Below, in pieces: positions 8,451-16,880 of a stretch of DNA of 47,850 nt (position 1 is its first letter; each line of letters starts with the position of its first letter). Source of the DNA: Actinomycetes bacterium (GTDB lineage: Bacteria; Actinomycetota; UBA4738; HRBIN12); assembly GCA_031369745.1 (NCBI GenBank), contig JANMPG010000100.1, positions 1 through 47,850 of the forward strand, read 5' to 3'. A program made the translations under genes and the position numbers. A model generated the notes under the pieces. That model did no database searches. It was not told the DNA's origin and was given only the letters and a program-made list of their open reading frames with translations.

Positions 8451-8925
8451 CGTTCGTCGCCTCCATGATGTTGGTGAGAATGGTTTCGATGGCTATCGCG
8501 TCCACGCCGCTGGGACCGATGACCAAGATCGTGTTGTCGCCCGCGATCGTGCCGGCGATCTGCGCGAGCCCGGTGCGATCGATGCCTTCGGCCAACACGT
8601 TGGCCGCGCCGGCCGGCGTTCGCACGATCAGCCCGACGTCGGTGCGCACGTACGACAACGCGAAGTCGTTCAGCAAACGCCGCAGCGCCCCGAGCGGGGG
8701 GATCGAGGCACGGGTGCCCGGGACGACATAGCGAAGACCCTCTGCGTCGTGCACGCGGGCCAGTCCGAGCTCCTCCATATCGCGGCTGATCGTCGACTGG
8801 GTCGCGGGCAGTCCCATCTGCGCCAAGCGCGAGCGGATGTCCTCTTGCGAGCCGAGCCGCTCGGTCGAGATCAGCTCGACGATCGCCTGATGCCGCCTGG
8901 TGCGCGAGCGCGTCGTGCCCGTCAT
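8440..8925 (-). CDS. argR: Arginine repressor
   Basis: The N-terminal winged helix is RHQAIVELI...SQEDIRSRLAQMGLPATQSTISRDMEELG. The C-terminal arginine-binding motif is GTIAGDNTILVI. The start was chosen at the ATGA overlap with the argD stop. The longer track ORF extension is Arg/Gly-rich junk. Confidence 0.9.
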   Translation of the reverse strand: MTGTTRSRTRRHQAIVELISTERLGSQEDIRSRLAQMGLPATQSTISRDMEELGLARVHDAEGLRYVVPGTRASIPPLGALRRLLNDFALSYVRTDVGLIVRTPAGAANVLAEGIDRTGLAQIAGTIAGDNTILVIGPSGVDAIAIETILTNIMEATNDDS

Positions 8926-10097
8926 GTGGCAACCTCCTCGAGGGCGGCGGCGAGCGCCTTCGCCGCTTCGTCGACCTCGGCCGGACCGATCGTGAAGGGC
9001 GGTGTGAACCGAACGACGTCGGTTCCGGCGGTCGAAGCGAGCACGCCCCGGGCGCGGAGCGCGGTCACGACGTCGATCGCCCGGATCGTGGAGGCAACCT
9101 CGAACCCGAGCAGCAGCCCCGCACCCCTGATCGACGCGAGCGCCCCCTCGGGCGCCAGGCGGGCGACATCGGCGCGGAACCGCGCGCCCATCGCGGTGAC
9201 GTTCGCCATCAGATCCTCCTCGTCGATCGTGTCGAGCACCGAGAGCGCGGCCGACGACGGCACCGGGCCCCCACCGAACGTGGACGCGTGTTCGCCGGGA
9301 CCGAAGCTCAGGTGGGCGGGCGCGACCAACGCGCCGATCGGCAGCCCGCCTCCCAGGGCCTTGGCGAGCGACACCACATCGGGTTGCACGCCGGCCGCAT
9401 CGATCGAAAGCCAGTGCCCGGTTCGCCCCGACCCGGCCTGGATCTCGTCGACCGCGAACAGTGCCCCCGCGGCGTCGCACCGTGAGCGCACGCCCCGCAG
9501 ATACTCCGGTTCGAGCGGGATGACTCCGCCTTCGCCCAGCACCGGCTCGAGGAACACGGCGCCGACGTCGCCCGGCGCCATCGCCGCATCAAGCGCCGCG
9601 ACGTCGCCCGGTGGCACGAACCGGAACCAATCCAACAGCGGCTCGAACGGCGCGCGCTTGGCGGGCTGACCCGTCGCCGCCAGCGTCGCCACCGTACGCC
9701 CATGGAACGAGCCGTCGAGCGCGACGACCACCGCACGGCCGCGTTGCAGTCCGCGCTTGCGCACCAGTTTCAACAGCGCTTCGTTCGCCTCGGCCCCCGA
9801 ATTGCACAGGAACACGCGCGGGTCGGCCACCGTGGTGCGCGCGGCGATCCGCTCGGCGAGCCGGGCTTGCGGCAGGGTGGTCACCAGGTTGGACGTCAGC
9901 CCGATCGTCGATGCCGCGCCTGCCACCGCCGACACCCAGCGCGGGTGCGCGTGCCCGAGCGACAAGGCTCCCAGGCCGCCGATCAGATCGAGGTAGCCGT
10001 TGCCGTCTGCGTCCCATACCCGCAGCCCTTCGCCGCGCAACAGGGTGAGGGGGTACCGGGCGTAGGTCGGCATCAACGCGCCGTCGCTCGTCGTCAT
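8922..10097 (-). CDS. argD: Acetylornithine aminotransferase (class III PLP enzyme)
   Basis: It has class-III aminotransferase sequence and sits between argB and argR. Confidence 0.9.
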   Translation of the reverse strand: MTTSDGALMPTYARYPLTLLRGEGLRVWDADGNGYLDLIGGLGALSLGHAHPRWVSAVAGAASTIGLTSNLVTTLPQARLAERIAARTTVADPRVFLCNSGAEANEALLKLVRKRGLQRGRAVVVALDGSFHGRTVATLAATGQPAKRAPFEPLLDWFRFVPPGDVAALDAAMAPGDVGAVFLEPVLGEGGVIPLEPEYLRGVRSRCDAAGALFAVDEIQAGSGRTGHWLSIDAAGVQPDVVSLAKALGGGLPIGALVAPAHLSFGPGEHASTFGGGPVPSSAALSVLDTIDEEDLMANVTAMGARFRADVARLAPEGALASIRGAGLLLGFEVASTIRAIDVVTALRARGVLASTAGTDVVRFTPPFTIGPAEVDEAAKALAAALEEVAT

Positions 10098-10993
10098 CGG
10101 GGGAGCCCCTCGAGGTCCGGCGTGATCATCGTGCCGACGCCTTCGGGAGTGAACAGCTCGAGCACGACGGCGTGCTCGACACGACCGTCCACGAGGTGGA
10201 CGCGCCCGATGCCCGCCTGCAGCGCGCGAACCGCACTCTCCAGTTTGGGGATCATGCCGCCGTCCACGACGCCCGGCGTCGCCAGCAGATCGGTCGCCTG
10301 CGTGGCCGACAGTTCCGACAGGAGGTCCCCGCTCGGCCCGATCAGACCGGGGACGTCGTTGACGTACACGAGCTTCTCGGCGTCCAGCGCGACGGCAAGT
10401 TCGGAGGCCACGACGTCGGCGTTCACGTTGTAGGCCTGTCCGGTCTCGTCGATTGCGATCGAGGCCACGACGGGCACGAAGGCACGGTCGATCAGGGTCG
10501 ACAACACGTCGGCGTTCACGTGGACGACTTCGCCGACGAAGCCGAGGTCGGGACCTTCTTGCTTGCGCGCGAGCAGCAGCCGGCCGTCGACGCCGGACAG
10601 ACCGACGGCGCTCACCCCGCCCGCAACGAGCGAGGCAACGACATCGGTGTTCAGCTTGCCGGCGAGCACCATCGTCGCAACGTCGAGCGTCGCGGCATCG
10701 GTCACGCGCACACCGTCGACGAACGTCGTCTCGATCCCTAAACGCTGCGACATCTGGGTGACCGCCGGTCCCCCGCCGTGCACGATCACGGGCTTGATCC
10801 CGACGGACTGCAGCAGCATGACGTCCCCGGCGAAGGTAGCCGCGAGGCCGGGGCCATTCATCGCGGCGCCGCCGTACTTGATCACGATCACGCGTCCGGC
10901 GTGCTCACGCATGAAGGGCAGCGCCTCCAGCAGCGTGCGTGCCTTGGCGACGGTGCGCTCGCGGATCTGTGGCGGCAGGTCGGCGCCCATCAT
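10094..10993 (-). CDS. argB: Acetylglutamate kinase
   Basis: VIKYGGAAM is the amino-acid kinase motif. It overlaps both neighbours by ATGA. Confidence 0.93.
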   Translation of the reverse strand: MMGADLPPQIRERTVAKARTLLEALPFMREHAGRVIVIKYGGAAMNGPGLAATFAGDVMLLQSVGIKPVIVHGGGPAVTQMSQRLGIETTFVDGVRVTDAATLDVATMVLAGKLNTDVVASLVAGGVSAVGLSGVDGRLLLARKQEGPDLGFVGEVVHVNADVLSTLIDRAFVPVVASIAIDETGQAYNVNADVVASELAVALDAEKLVYVNDVPGLIGPSGDLLSELSATQATDLLATPGVVDGGMIPKLESAVRALQAGIGRVHLVDGRVEHAVVLELFTPEGVGTMITPDLEGLPR

Positions 10994-12189
10994 GTCGTGT
11001 ACTCCCCATTGATGCGGACGTAGTCGTAGGACAGGTCTCCCCCGAGCACGCGAGCAGTACCGTCCCCGTCGCCGACACCGATGCGGATCGATACCTCCGG
11101 CCCATCCATCGCCGCGACGGCCGATGCCCGAAGGCGCTCGGTGGTGAAGTACGCGGGCGGGATGACCCCCGCATGCACGAGCTGCGAGTCACCGACCCAT
11201 ACGTCGATGCGCGCGGGGTCGATCGGTACCCCGGCGGCTCCGAGCGCCTGCACGATCCGACCGGGGTTGGGATCCAGGCCGAACAGCGCGGTCTTGACCA
11301 GTGGCGAGTCGGCGACCGCACGGGCCAGCGCGCGTGCGTGCGCCTCGTCGTCGGCGCCGGTCACGTCGATCAGCATCACGTGGGTGACGCCCTCCCCGTC
11401 GTGGATCAGCTGCGACGCGAGCGAGGCGCCGACGGCACGGATCGCCTCGGCAAGCTCGTCCCACTGCGGCGTGCTCGGCGTGAGGAGCTCGCCTTGGACC
11501 GCGCCGCTCGCGAACAGCAGGACCGTGTCGTTCGTGCTCTCGCATGCGTCGACGCTGATGGCGTTGAGATGCGGCGCCAGATGATCGTGCGCGAGTGTGT
11601 GCAGGTGTTCCTGCGCCACCGCCGCGTCGGTCGTGACGAACGCGAGCATCGTGGCAAGGTTCGGGCTGATCATGCCGACGCCCTTGGCGGCACCGCCCAC
11701 GCGGTACGCGCCCGCGTCGGCGGCCGACTGCTTCGCCACCGTGTCCGTCGTCATGATCGCCTCGGCGAACTCGTCGCCCCCGTGCGTGCTGAGCGCGTCC
11801 ACAACCAACGCAAGCCCACCCAGCAGCCGATCCATGTGCAGCGGTTCGCCGATCACACCGGTCGAGCATTGCAGCAGGTTGGTCGGGGCCAGCCCGAGCA
11901 TCGCGGCGGCAGCGGCTCCTGCGGTGGCCGCGTCGTCATCGCCGCGCGAGCCTGTCGCCGCGTTGGCCTGCCCGCTGTTGACCAGCACCCCTCGACCGCC
12001 GCCGGCCGCGAGATGCTTTCGCGACAACACGACCGGCGCGGCCGCGACAGCGTTCGTCGTGAAGAGACCGGTTGCCGTCGTGCCGGGATCCCCTAGCAGC
12101 AACGCGAGGTCCGGCTTGCCGCTGGCCTTGAACCCTGCGGCGATGCCTGCCGCTTTGAAACCCCTCGGATAGGTCGCACCGCTGTTCAC
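10990..12189 (-). CDS. argJ: Bifunctional ornithine acetyltransferase / N-acetylglutamate synthase
   Basis: The ArgJ autoprocessing region ATMLAFVTTDA is present. The GTG start forms a GTGA overlap with the argC stop. The 652-aa track ORF extension overlaps argC and was rejected. Confidence 0.93.
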   Translation of the reverse strand: MNSGATYPRGFKAAGIAAGFKASGKPDLALLLGDPGTTATGLFTTNAVAAAPVVLSRKHLAAGGGRGVLVNSGQANAATGSRGDDDAATAGAAAAAMLGLAPTNLLQCSTGVIGEPLHMDRLLGGLALVVDALSTHGGDEFAEAIMTTDTVAKQSAADAGAYRVGGAAKGVGMISPNLATMLAFVTTDAAVAQEHLHTLAHDHLAPHLNAISVDACESTNDTVLLFASGAVQGELLTPSTPQWDELAEAIRAVGASLASQLIHDGEGVTHVMLIDVTGADDEAHARALARAVADSPLVKTALFGLDPNPGRIVQALGAAGVPIDPARIDVWVGDSQLVHAGVIPPAYFTTERLRASAVAAMDGPEVSIRIGVGDGDGTARVLGGDLSYDYVRINGEYTT

Positions 12190-13247
12190 GGGTACACCGC
12201 CGTCGTCGGCAAACCGGTCTCCTCGGGCAGCCCGTACAGGAGGTTCGCGTTCTGGATCGCCTGGCCGGCCGCGCCCTTGATCAGGTTGTCGAGCGCGGCC
12301 ACCACGATCACGGTGCCGGTCCGCTGATCCGCGACGGCCTGGAGTTCGATCATGTTCGAGCCGCGCGTACGCTTCGCATCGACCATCGCGCCGGGAGGGA
12401 GCACACGAACGAACGGCCGCCCGGCGTAGGCGGCAGCCAGGCACTGCGTCAGTGCATCCGTTGTCGCACCCGGCGCGAGGGTCAGGTACGACGTCGTGAC
12501 CACGCCGCGCACGGCCGGCACGAGATGGGGAACGAACAGAGCCGTGGTCGACAGACCGGTCGCGAGCGCGATCCCACGCTCGATCTCGGGCGTGTGCTGA
12601 TGCTCCGGGAACCGATAGGGCCGGATCGAGTCCTCGGTGACGGCGAAGGAGCTGGACTCGACCGCGGCTCGCCCCGCACCCGACAGCCCGGTCTTGCCAT
12701 CGACCCGGATCGTCCCGGCCTCTGCCAGGCCCGCATCGAGCACCGGTGCGCAGCTCATGATGGCCGCCGTCGCGAAGCATCCGGGGTTGGCCACGAGCTT
12801 GGCGCCGGGCACGCGCTTGGCGAACAGCTCCGGCAATCCGTACACAGCCTCGTCGAGCCACGCCGGCGCGGGATGGTCGAACCCGTACCACGCGGGGTAG
12901 GACGCCGCATCCAAACGGAAGTCGCCCGCGAGGTCGATCACCTCGCACCCCGCCTCCAGGACCGCGGGAGCCAGTGTTGCGCTGGAGCCGTTGGGCAGGG
13001 CGGAGAACACGAGGCTCGACGCGGCGGCGATCGAGGCCGGCGTCATGTCCTGTATGTGCGTTCCCGCCACATCGAGGCCCGCAAGATGCGGGTGAGCGGC
13101 GCCGAGCGTCTGCCCGATCGAGCCCTTCCCACCGAGGAACGTCACATCGAAACTTGGATGTTCATGCAGCAGGCGTACGAGCTCACCCCCGGCATAACCC
13201 GAGGCTCCGAGTACAGCGACGTGAACAGGGGCATCCATTGACCGCAT
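12186..13247 (-). CDS. argC: N-acetyl-gamma-glutamyl-phosphate reductase
   Basis: GASGYAGGEL is the Rossmann motif and NPGCFAT is the catalytic cysteine motif. An alternative start lies at 13238. Confidence 0.93.
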   Translation of the reverse strand: MRSMDAPVHVAVLGASGYAGGELVRLLHEHPSFDVTFLGGKGSIGQTLGAAHPHLAGLDVAGTHIQDMTPASIAAASSLVFSALPNGSSATLAPAVLEAGCEVIDLAGDFRLDAASYPAWYGFDHPAPAWLDEAVYGLPELFAKRVPGAKLVANPGCFATAAIMSCAPVLDAGLAEAGTIRVDGKTGLSGAGRAAVESSSFAVTEDSIRPYRFPEHQHTPEIERGIALATGLSTTALFVPHLVPAVRGVVTTSYLTLAPGATTDALTQCLAAAYAGRPFVRVLPPGAMVDAKRTRGSNMIELQAVADQRTGTVIVVAALDNLIKGAAGQAIQNANLLYGLPEETGLPTTAVYP

Positions 13248-13259
13248 CAGTATGCATCA
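13244..13259 (-). promoter_or_regulatory. Candidate ArgR operator / argC promoter element
   Basis: GCATCA occurs twice exactly 10 bp apart (13244-13249 and 13254-13259). An ATGCAT palindrome is embedded, and the element abuts or overlaps the argC start codon. There is no SD in front of argC, so it may be leaderless. Confidence 0.25.
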
Positions 13260-13347
13260 AATGGGTAAGAGCGTCACTTCGCAGGACGAAGCGATTCGCC
13301 TACACGTGTTACTGCGAGCATGATGCGATCGGCAACTGAGGTTCACG

Positions 13348-13773
13348 ATGATGCGCTGTCGGGTGATCGCCACACTGCTGTTGCTCGCCACAGTATCGAG
13401 CTGCGGCATCCAGCAGGACGTCGAATCCGCGGAGCAGTTGCCGACGCCGCTGTTCGGCAAGGTGCTCTGGGCGACCGCCTTGCATCGAGAGTCGTGCAAG
13501 CCCGAGAGCTGCCAGGCGACCTACCAAGTGCGGATCGAGAACACGATGCAACGCGACGCCAACGTGCTTGAGTGCTCCATCGTCCAACCTCCAAGATCTC
13601 CTATCGACACGCTGCCGATCAAGGAACTCGATGGCCTTCGAGTGCCCGCACACTCTTCCACGACGTGGAGAAGCTCCTTCCAGTTGGCGATCTCGGCCAA
13701 GCGCGTGCACTCGTTGAGCGGCCGCGAACTGCGATGCGTCGGGATCGACTGGCACGGGACCTCGCCGGCCTAG
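13348..13773 (+). CDS. Small secreted lipoprotein, function unknown
   Basis: The signal peptide carries the lipobox VSSC (MMRCRVIATLLLLATVSSCG). The Cys pattern is similar to the ORF at 2041-2400. Confidence 0.55.
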   Translation: MMRCRVIATLLLLATVSSCGIQQDVESAEQLPTPLFGKVLWATALHRESCKPESCQATYQVRIENTMQRDANVLECSIVQPPRSPIDTLPIKELDGLRVPAHSSTTWRSSFQLAISAKRVHSLSGRELRCVGIDWHGTSPA

Positions 13774-13832
13774 ACGAGGGCACGGCACGCGAAGCCGTCG
13801 GTGGCAGCCCGTCGCGACTAGGCTTGGTGCCG

Positions 13833-14381
13833 ATGCCGTTGCGCGCGACCGCCGGTCCCCTCGAAGGGCTCTTCGTCCTGGATCTCGATATCCACACGGA
13901 TGCCGAGCGTCCGGGCGCGTCGTTCCGCGAGGTCTTCCACTCGGCGGACCTGGAGGCGCTCGGGCTTCCCGACTTCCGACCGGTGCAGTGGAACATCTCC
14001 GAATCGACGGTCGGCACGCTGCGCGGCTTCCATGCGGAGCCTTGGAACAAGCTGGTGCATGTTGCCGCCGGCCGGGTATTCGCGGCGATCGCCGATCTGC
14101 GCGCCGACTCGCCGACCGCCGGAGCGGTGTGGAGCGGCGAACTCGAACGCACCCAGGCACTGTTCGTCAGTGCGGGACTGGGCAACGCGTTTCAGGCACT
14201 TAGCGATGTCGCCGTGTACGCGTACCTGGTGGACGACCATCGTTCCGCGGGCGTCACGTACCCCGCGGTCGCGTGGGACGACGCGGACCTCGCGGTCGCG
14301 TGGCCGATCACGGACGATCGGTTGTCGTTGTCGAGCAAGGACCGCGCCAACCAGACGCTTCGCGCCTACTGGCAGTCCTAG
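13833..14381 (+). CDS. dTDP-4-dehydrorhamnose 3,5-epimerase-like protein (RmlC-type cupin)
   Basis: PLEGLFVLDLDIHTD, LRGFHAEPWNKLV and GLGNAFQAL match the RmlC family layout. The start was set at the ATG at 13833, because the upstream part of the track ORF overlaps the lipoprotein gene. Confidence 0.8.
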   Translation: MPLRATAGPLEGLFVLDLDIHTDAERPGASFREVFHSADLEALGLPDFRPVQWNISESTVGTLRGFHAEPWNKLVHVAAGRVFAAIADLRADSPTAGAVWSGELERTQALFVSAGLGNAFQALSDVAVYAYLVDDHRSAGVTYPAVAWDDADLAVAWPITDDRLSLSSKDRANQTLRAYWQS

Positions 14382-15220
14382 GCACCCCGGCACGGCACGC
14401 GCCACGCGTCGAGTGCCAGCTTCTTCTTCAGCGAGTTGAAGTTCATCGCGTTCGCTTTCGGGCAAAACTGCGGCGTGTTCAACTTGTACTCGACGGCGAA
14501 GACCGGCTTGCCGGCCTGCACGAACGGCTTCAGCTTGCCGCACTCGGCGTACTGGAAGCACTGCTCGTTCAGCTCCGCATCGAAGTAGCGCAGCAGTTTC
14601 GCGACCTGATCGATGTCGTTCTTCAAGAAGGCGGAAAGCCCGCGGGCATGAGCGGCGTTCGCGAGGAACACGTTGTACCGAAGTTGATCGCCGCCGCGCA
14701 GGGGGAACCCCGTGTTGTTCTGGAACCCGTCGATGTTGTCGAACTCGACGGCGTCGAACCCCTTGGCGCGACACATGTCGAGGCGCGCTTTCATGATCGG
14801 CGCAAGCGCAGAGATCTTGCGGATGTCGAGCCACTTCTCCCCCGGCCACCCGTTGGACTTGCCGAGCACCGACGCGGGGAAGTCGCCGGCATCGGGTCGC
14901 CAGTTCTCCCAAGAGCCGGCGCTGACGTAACACACGGCTTTGATCCCTTTCGAGTGCATGGCTGCGATCAGCGACTTGGACGAGTCGAACCCATCGACGT
15001 CATACATCTTCACGTCGATCAGCGCGGCGGCGGTCGGGGGGTTCTTCAGCTGCCACTGCCATGAAACCTTGAGCGCCGGATGCCAGCACCCGGGGCACGC
15101 GACCGGCGCGGCGAGGCGGACGGGTTGCCGCGTCTCGGATGCGGAGACCGGCCCGAAGCAACCGATAAGGGTCAGTGCGACGACGAACGACGAGACCAAC
15201 GAGAACCCCCGGGGTTTCAT
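14378..15220 (-). CDS. Glycoside hydrolase family 114 (endo-alpha-1,4-polygalactosaminidase-like), predicted lipoprotein
   Basis: YDVDGFD, CYVSAGSWENWRPD, GEKWLDIR and GFDAVEFDNIDG are typical of GH114. The N-terminal lipobox is LIGC. Confidence 0.85.
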   Translation of the reverse strand: MKPRGFSLVSSFVVALTLIGCFGPVSASETRQPVRLAAPVACPGCWHPALKVSWQWQLKNPPTAAALIDVKMYDVDGFDSSKSLIAAMHSKGIKAVCYVSAGSWENWRPDAGDFPASVLGKSNGWPGEKWLDIRKISALAPIMKARLDMCRAKGFDAVEFDNIDGFQNNTGFPLRGGDQLRYNVFLANAAHARGLSAFLKNDIDQVAKLLRYFDAELNEQCFQYAECGKLKPFVQAGKPVFAVEYKLNTPQFCPKANAMNFNSLKKKLALDAWRVPCRGA

Positions 15221-15260
15221 GCCGCCAGTATCGGCCCTGCGCCCGCGGATACTTGACCGA

Positions 15261-16244
15261 TCAGCCGACGACCGTCAACGGCGCCGAGCCGCCATCGGTG
15301 CGTTCGGCATCGTGCGCCCGAGCGATCGAGCCCCGCGCCTTGCCCAGCTGCGAGCGGAACTCGTCGGCACCGTTGGCGATCACGGTCGCGGCCTTGGCGA
15401 AGCGGTTCTCGACGATCGCCTCCAGCGCGTCGAGCACGCCGCCCACTTCCGACAGGCTCGCTTGTACGTCGGCGGCGTCGCCGTAGCGGCGGACGAGCTC
15501 GTAGAGGAACAGCACGATCGGCAGGGCATTGGAGTACGGCACGACGACGACGCCGTGGCGGTAGGCGTCGGCGTGCGCACGCTTGAGGACCGAGAACACG
15601 GCGTCGGGGACGGCGGCTACCGCCACGGGCGAGGTGACCGCCGGATCCAGGTACTGCGCCACCTCCTTGGTACGCGCGACCACCGCCTTTTCGACCGCCC
15701 TGGCGCACTGGTCACGCTCGAGCGGATCGGTCGCCGCCTCGAGCGCCTCAAGCTCGGCGGGCGCTGTCCACTTGGAGTCGATCGGCAATCGCCGACCGTC
15801 GGGGAGCACCAAGCCGAATTCGACCACCTTGCCGTTCACCCGGAAGTCGGAGGTGAGCATGCCTGGGGGCAGCTGGGACAGATGCTCGTGCAGGACGTGC
15901 TCGCCGGCGCGCCCCTTGGAAGCTCCGCCCGCCAAGACCGTAGCGAGGCGTCGAACGACCTCACGTTGCTCCGCCTCGGTGCCTCGCCGTTCCTGATCGC
16001 GAACCCGCAGCTCCTCGAGTGCGCGACGGGCCCCATCGAGACCGAGACGAAGCTGCTCACTCGCGAGCTCACGTTGCGCTGCAGCGTCTGCCAGACGCCG
16101 GAGCTCGCCGGATTGTACGTCGAGCTGCCGATGCACCGAGCCGTCGCCCTCAACGACGGGGCGCCTCCACAACGCGAGCGCCAAGCCCGCGAGGAGTCCG
16201 ATGACCGTGGCCGCCAGCACCATCGCCCATACGTCCGCGTTCAT
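15261..16244 (-). CDS. rmuC: DNA recombination protein RmuC
   Basis: It has an N-terminal TM helix, a coiled-coil region, then VEFGLVLPDGRRLPIDSKW, which is typical of the RmuC nuclease-like core. Confidence 0.85.
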   Translation of the reverse strand: MNADVWAMVLAATVIGLLAGLALALWRRPVVEGDGSVHRQLDVQSGELRRLADAAAQRELASEQLRLGLDGARRALEELRVRDQERRGTEAEQREVVRRLATVLAGGASKGRAGEHVLHEHLSQLPPGMLTSDFRVNGKVVEFGLVLPDGRRLPIDSKWTAPAELEALEAATDPLERDQCARAVEKAVVARTKEVAQYLDPAVTSPVAVAAVPDAVFSVLKRAHADAYRHGVVVVPYSNALPIVLFLYELVRRYGDAADVQASLSEVGGVLDALEAIVENRFAKAATVIANGADEFRSQLGKARGSIARAHDAERTDGGSAPLTVVG

Positions 16245-16306
16245 ATCGTCGCCTGTCGTGTCCTCATGCGTTCGACCCTAGTCGGCCGGTCTGACACGCT
16301 CTCGCC

Positions 16307-16870
16307 ATGCTGGCGATCGCGGGCGACGGCGACCTGACCATCCGTGCGATGCGCGACGATGCGGACGACTACCGGCTCCTCGTGCGCTGGCGGGGCGAAC
16401 CACACGTGCACGCGTGGTGGGATCCGGACGATCCGGCGCCGACATACGACGAGGTGGTCGTCGAGTACGGGCCGCGCGTTCGCGGCGAAGAGTCGACCGC
16501 AGCATGCATCATCGAGGTGGACGAGCGTGCTGCCGGGTACTTGCAGTTCTACCGGTGGCTCCCGTGGGCGGACGCCGAGGACGCGCTCGACATCCGTGCC
16601 GACGCCGACACGTTCGGGCTCGACATCCACATCGGCGAGCCGGACCTGATCGACCGCGGTATCGGTTCGCGCGCCGTGGACCTGATCTGTCGACACCTCG
16701 AGGAAGTCGAAGGAGCGTCCTGGATCGCCCTCACCACGGAAGTGACCAACCATCGAGCACAACGCGCCTACGAGAAGGCCGGATTCGTGAAGGTTCGCCA
16801 GGTACTCGACACCGACACGCGCGACGGTCAACGCGTCGTGTGCTGGCTGATGGAGCGCCGCCGGGAGTAG
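16307..16870 (+). CDS. GNAT N-acetyltransferase resembling AAC(6')-Ib-type aminoglycoside acetyltransferases
   Basis: The N-terminal layout is RLLVRWRGEPHVHAWW. The C-terminal layout is GIGSRAVDLICRHL...NHRAQRAYEKAGF. Both parallel the AAC(6')-Ib family (EWW, RAIRCYEKAGF). Confidence 0.8.
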   Translation: MLAIAGDGDLTIRAMRDDADDYRLLVRWRGEPHVHAWWDPDDPAPTYDEVVVEYGPRVRGEESTAACIIEVDERAAGYLQFYRWLPWADAEDALDIRADADTFGLDIHIGEPDLIDRGIGSRAVDLICRHLEEVEGASWIALTTEVTNHRAQRAYEKAGFVKVRQVLDTDTRDGQRVVCWLMERRRE

Positions 16871-16880
16871 CCTCCGGGAC

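Noticed and set aside
15261-16244. RmuC (also PilT and the SPFH protein) as parts of a phage-defence island
   Set aside because: All neighbours are housekeeping or metabolic genes. There are no nucleases, helicases, methyltransferases acting on DNA, toxin-antitoxin pairs, integrases or repeats nearby. The RmuC here has the standard stand-alone architecture.
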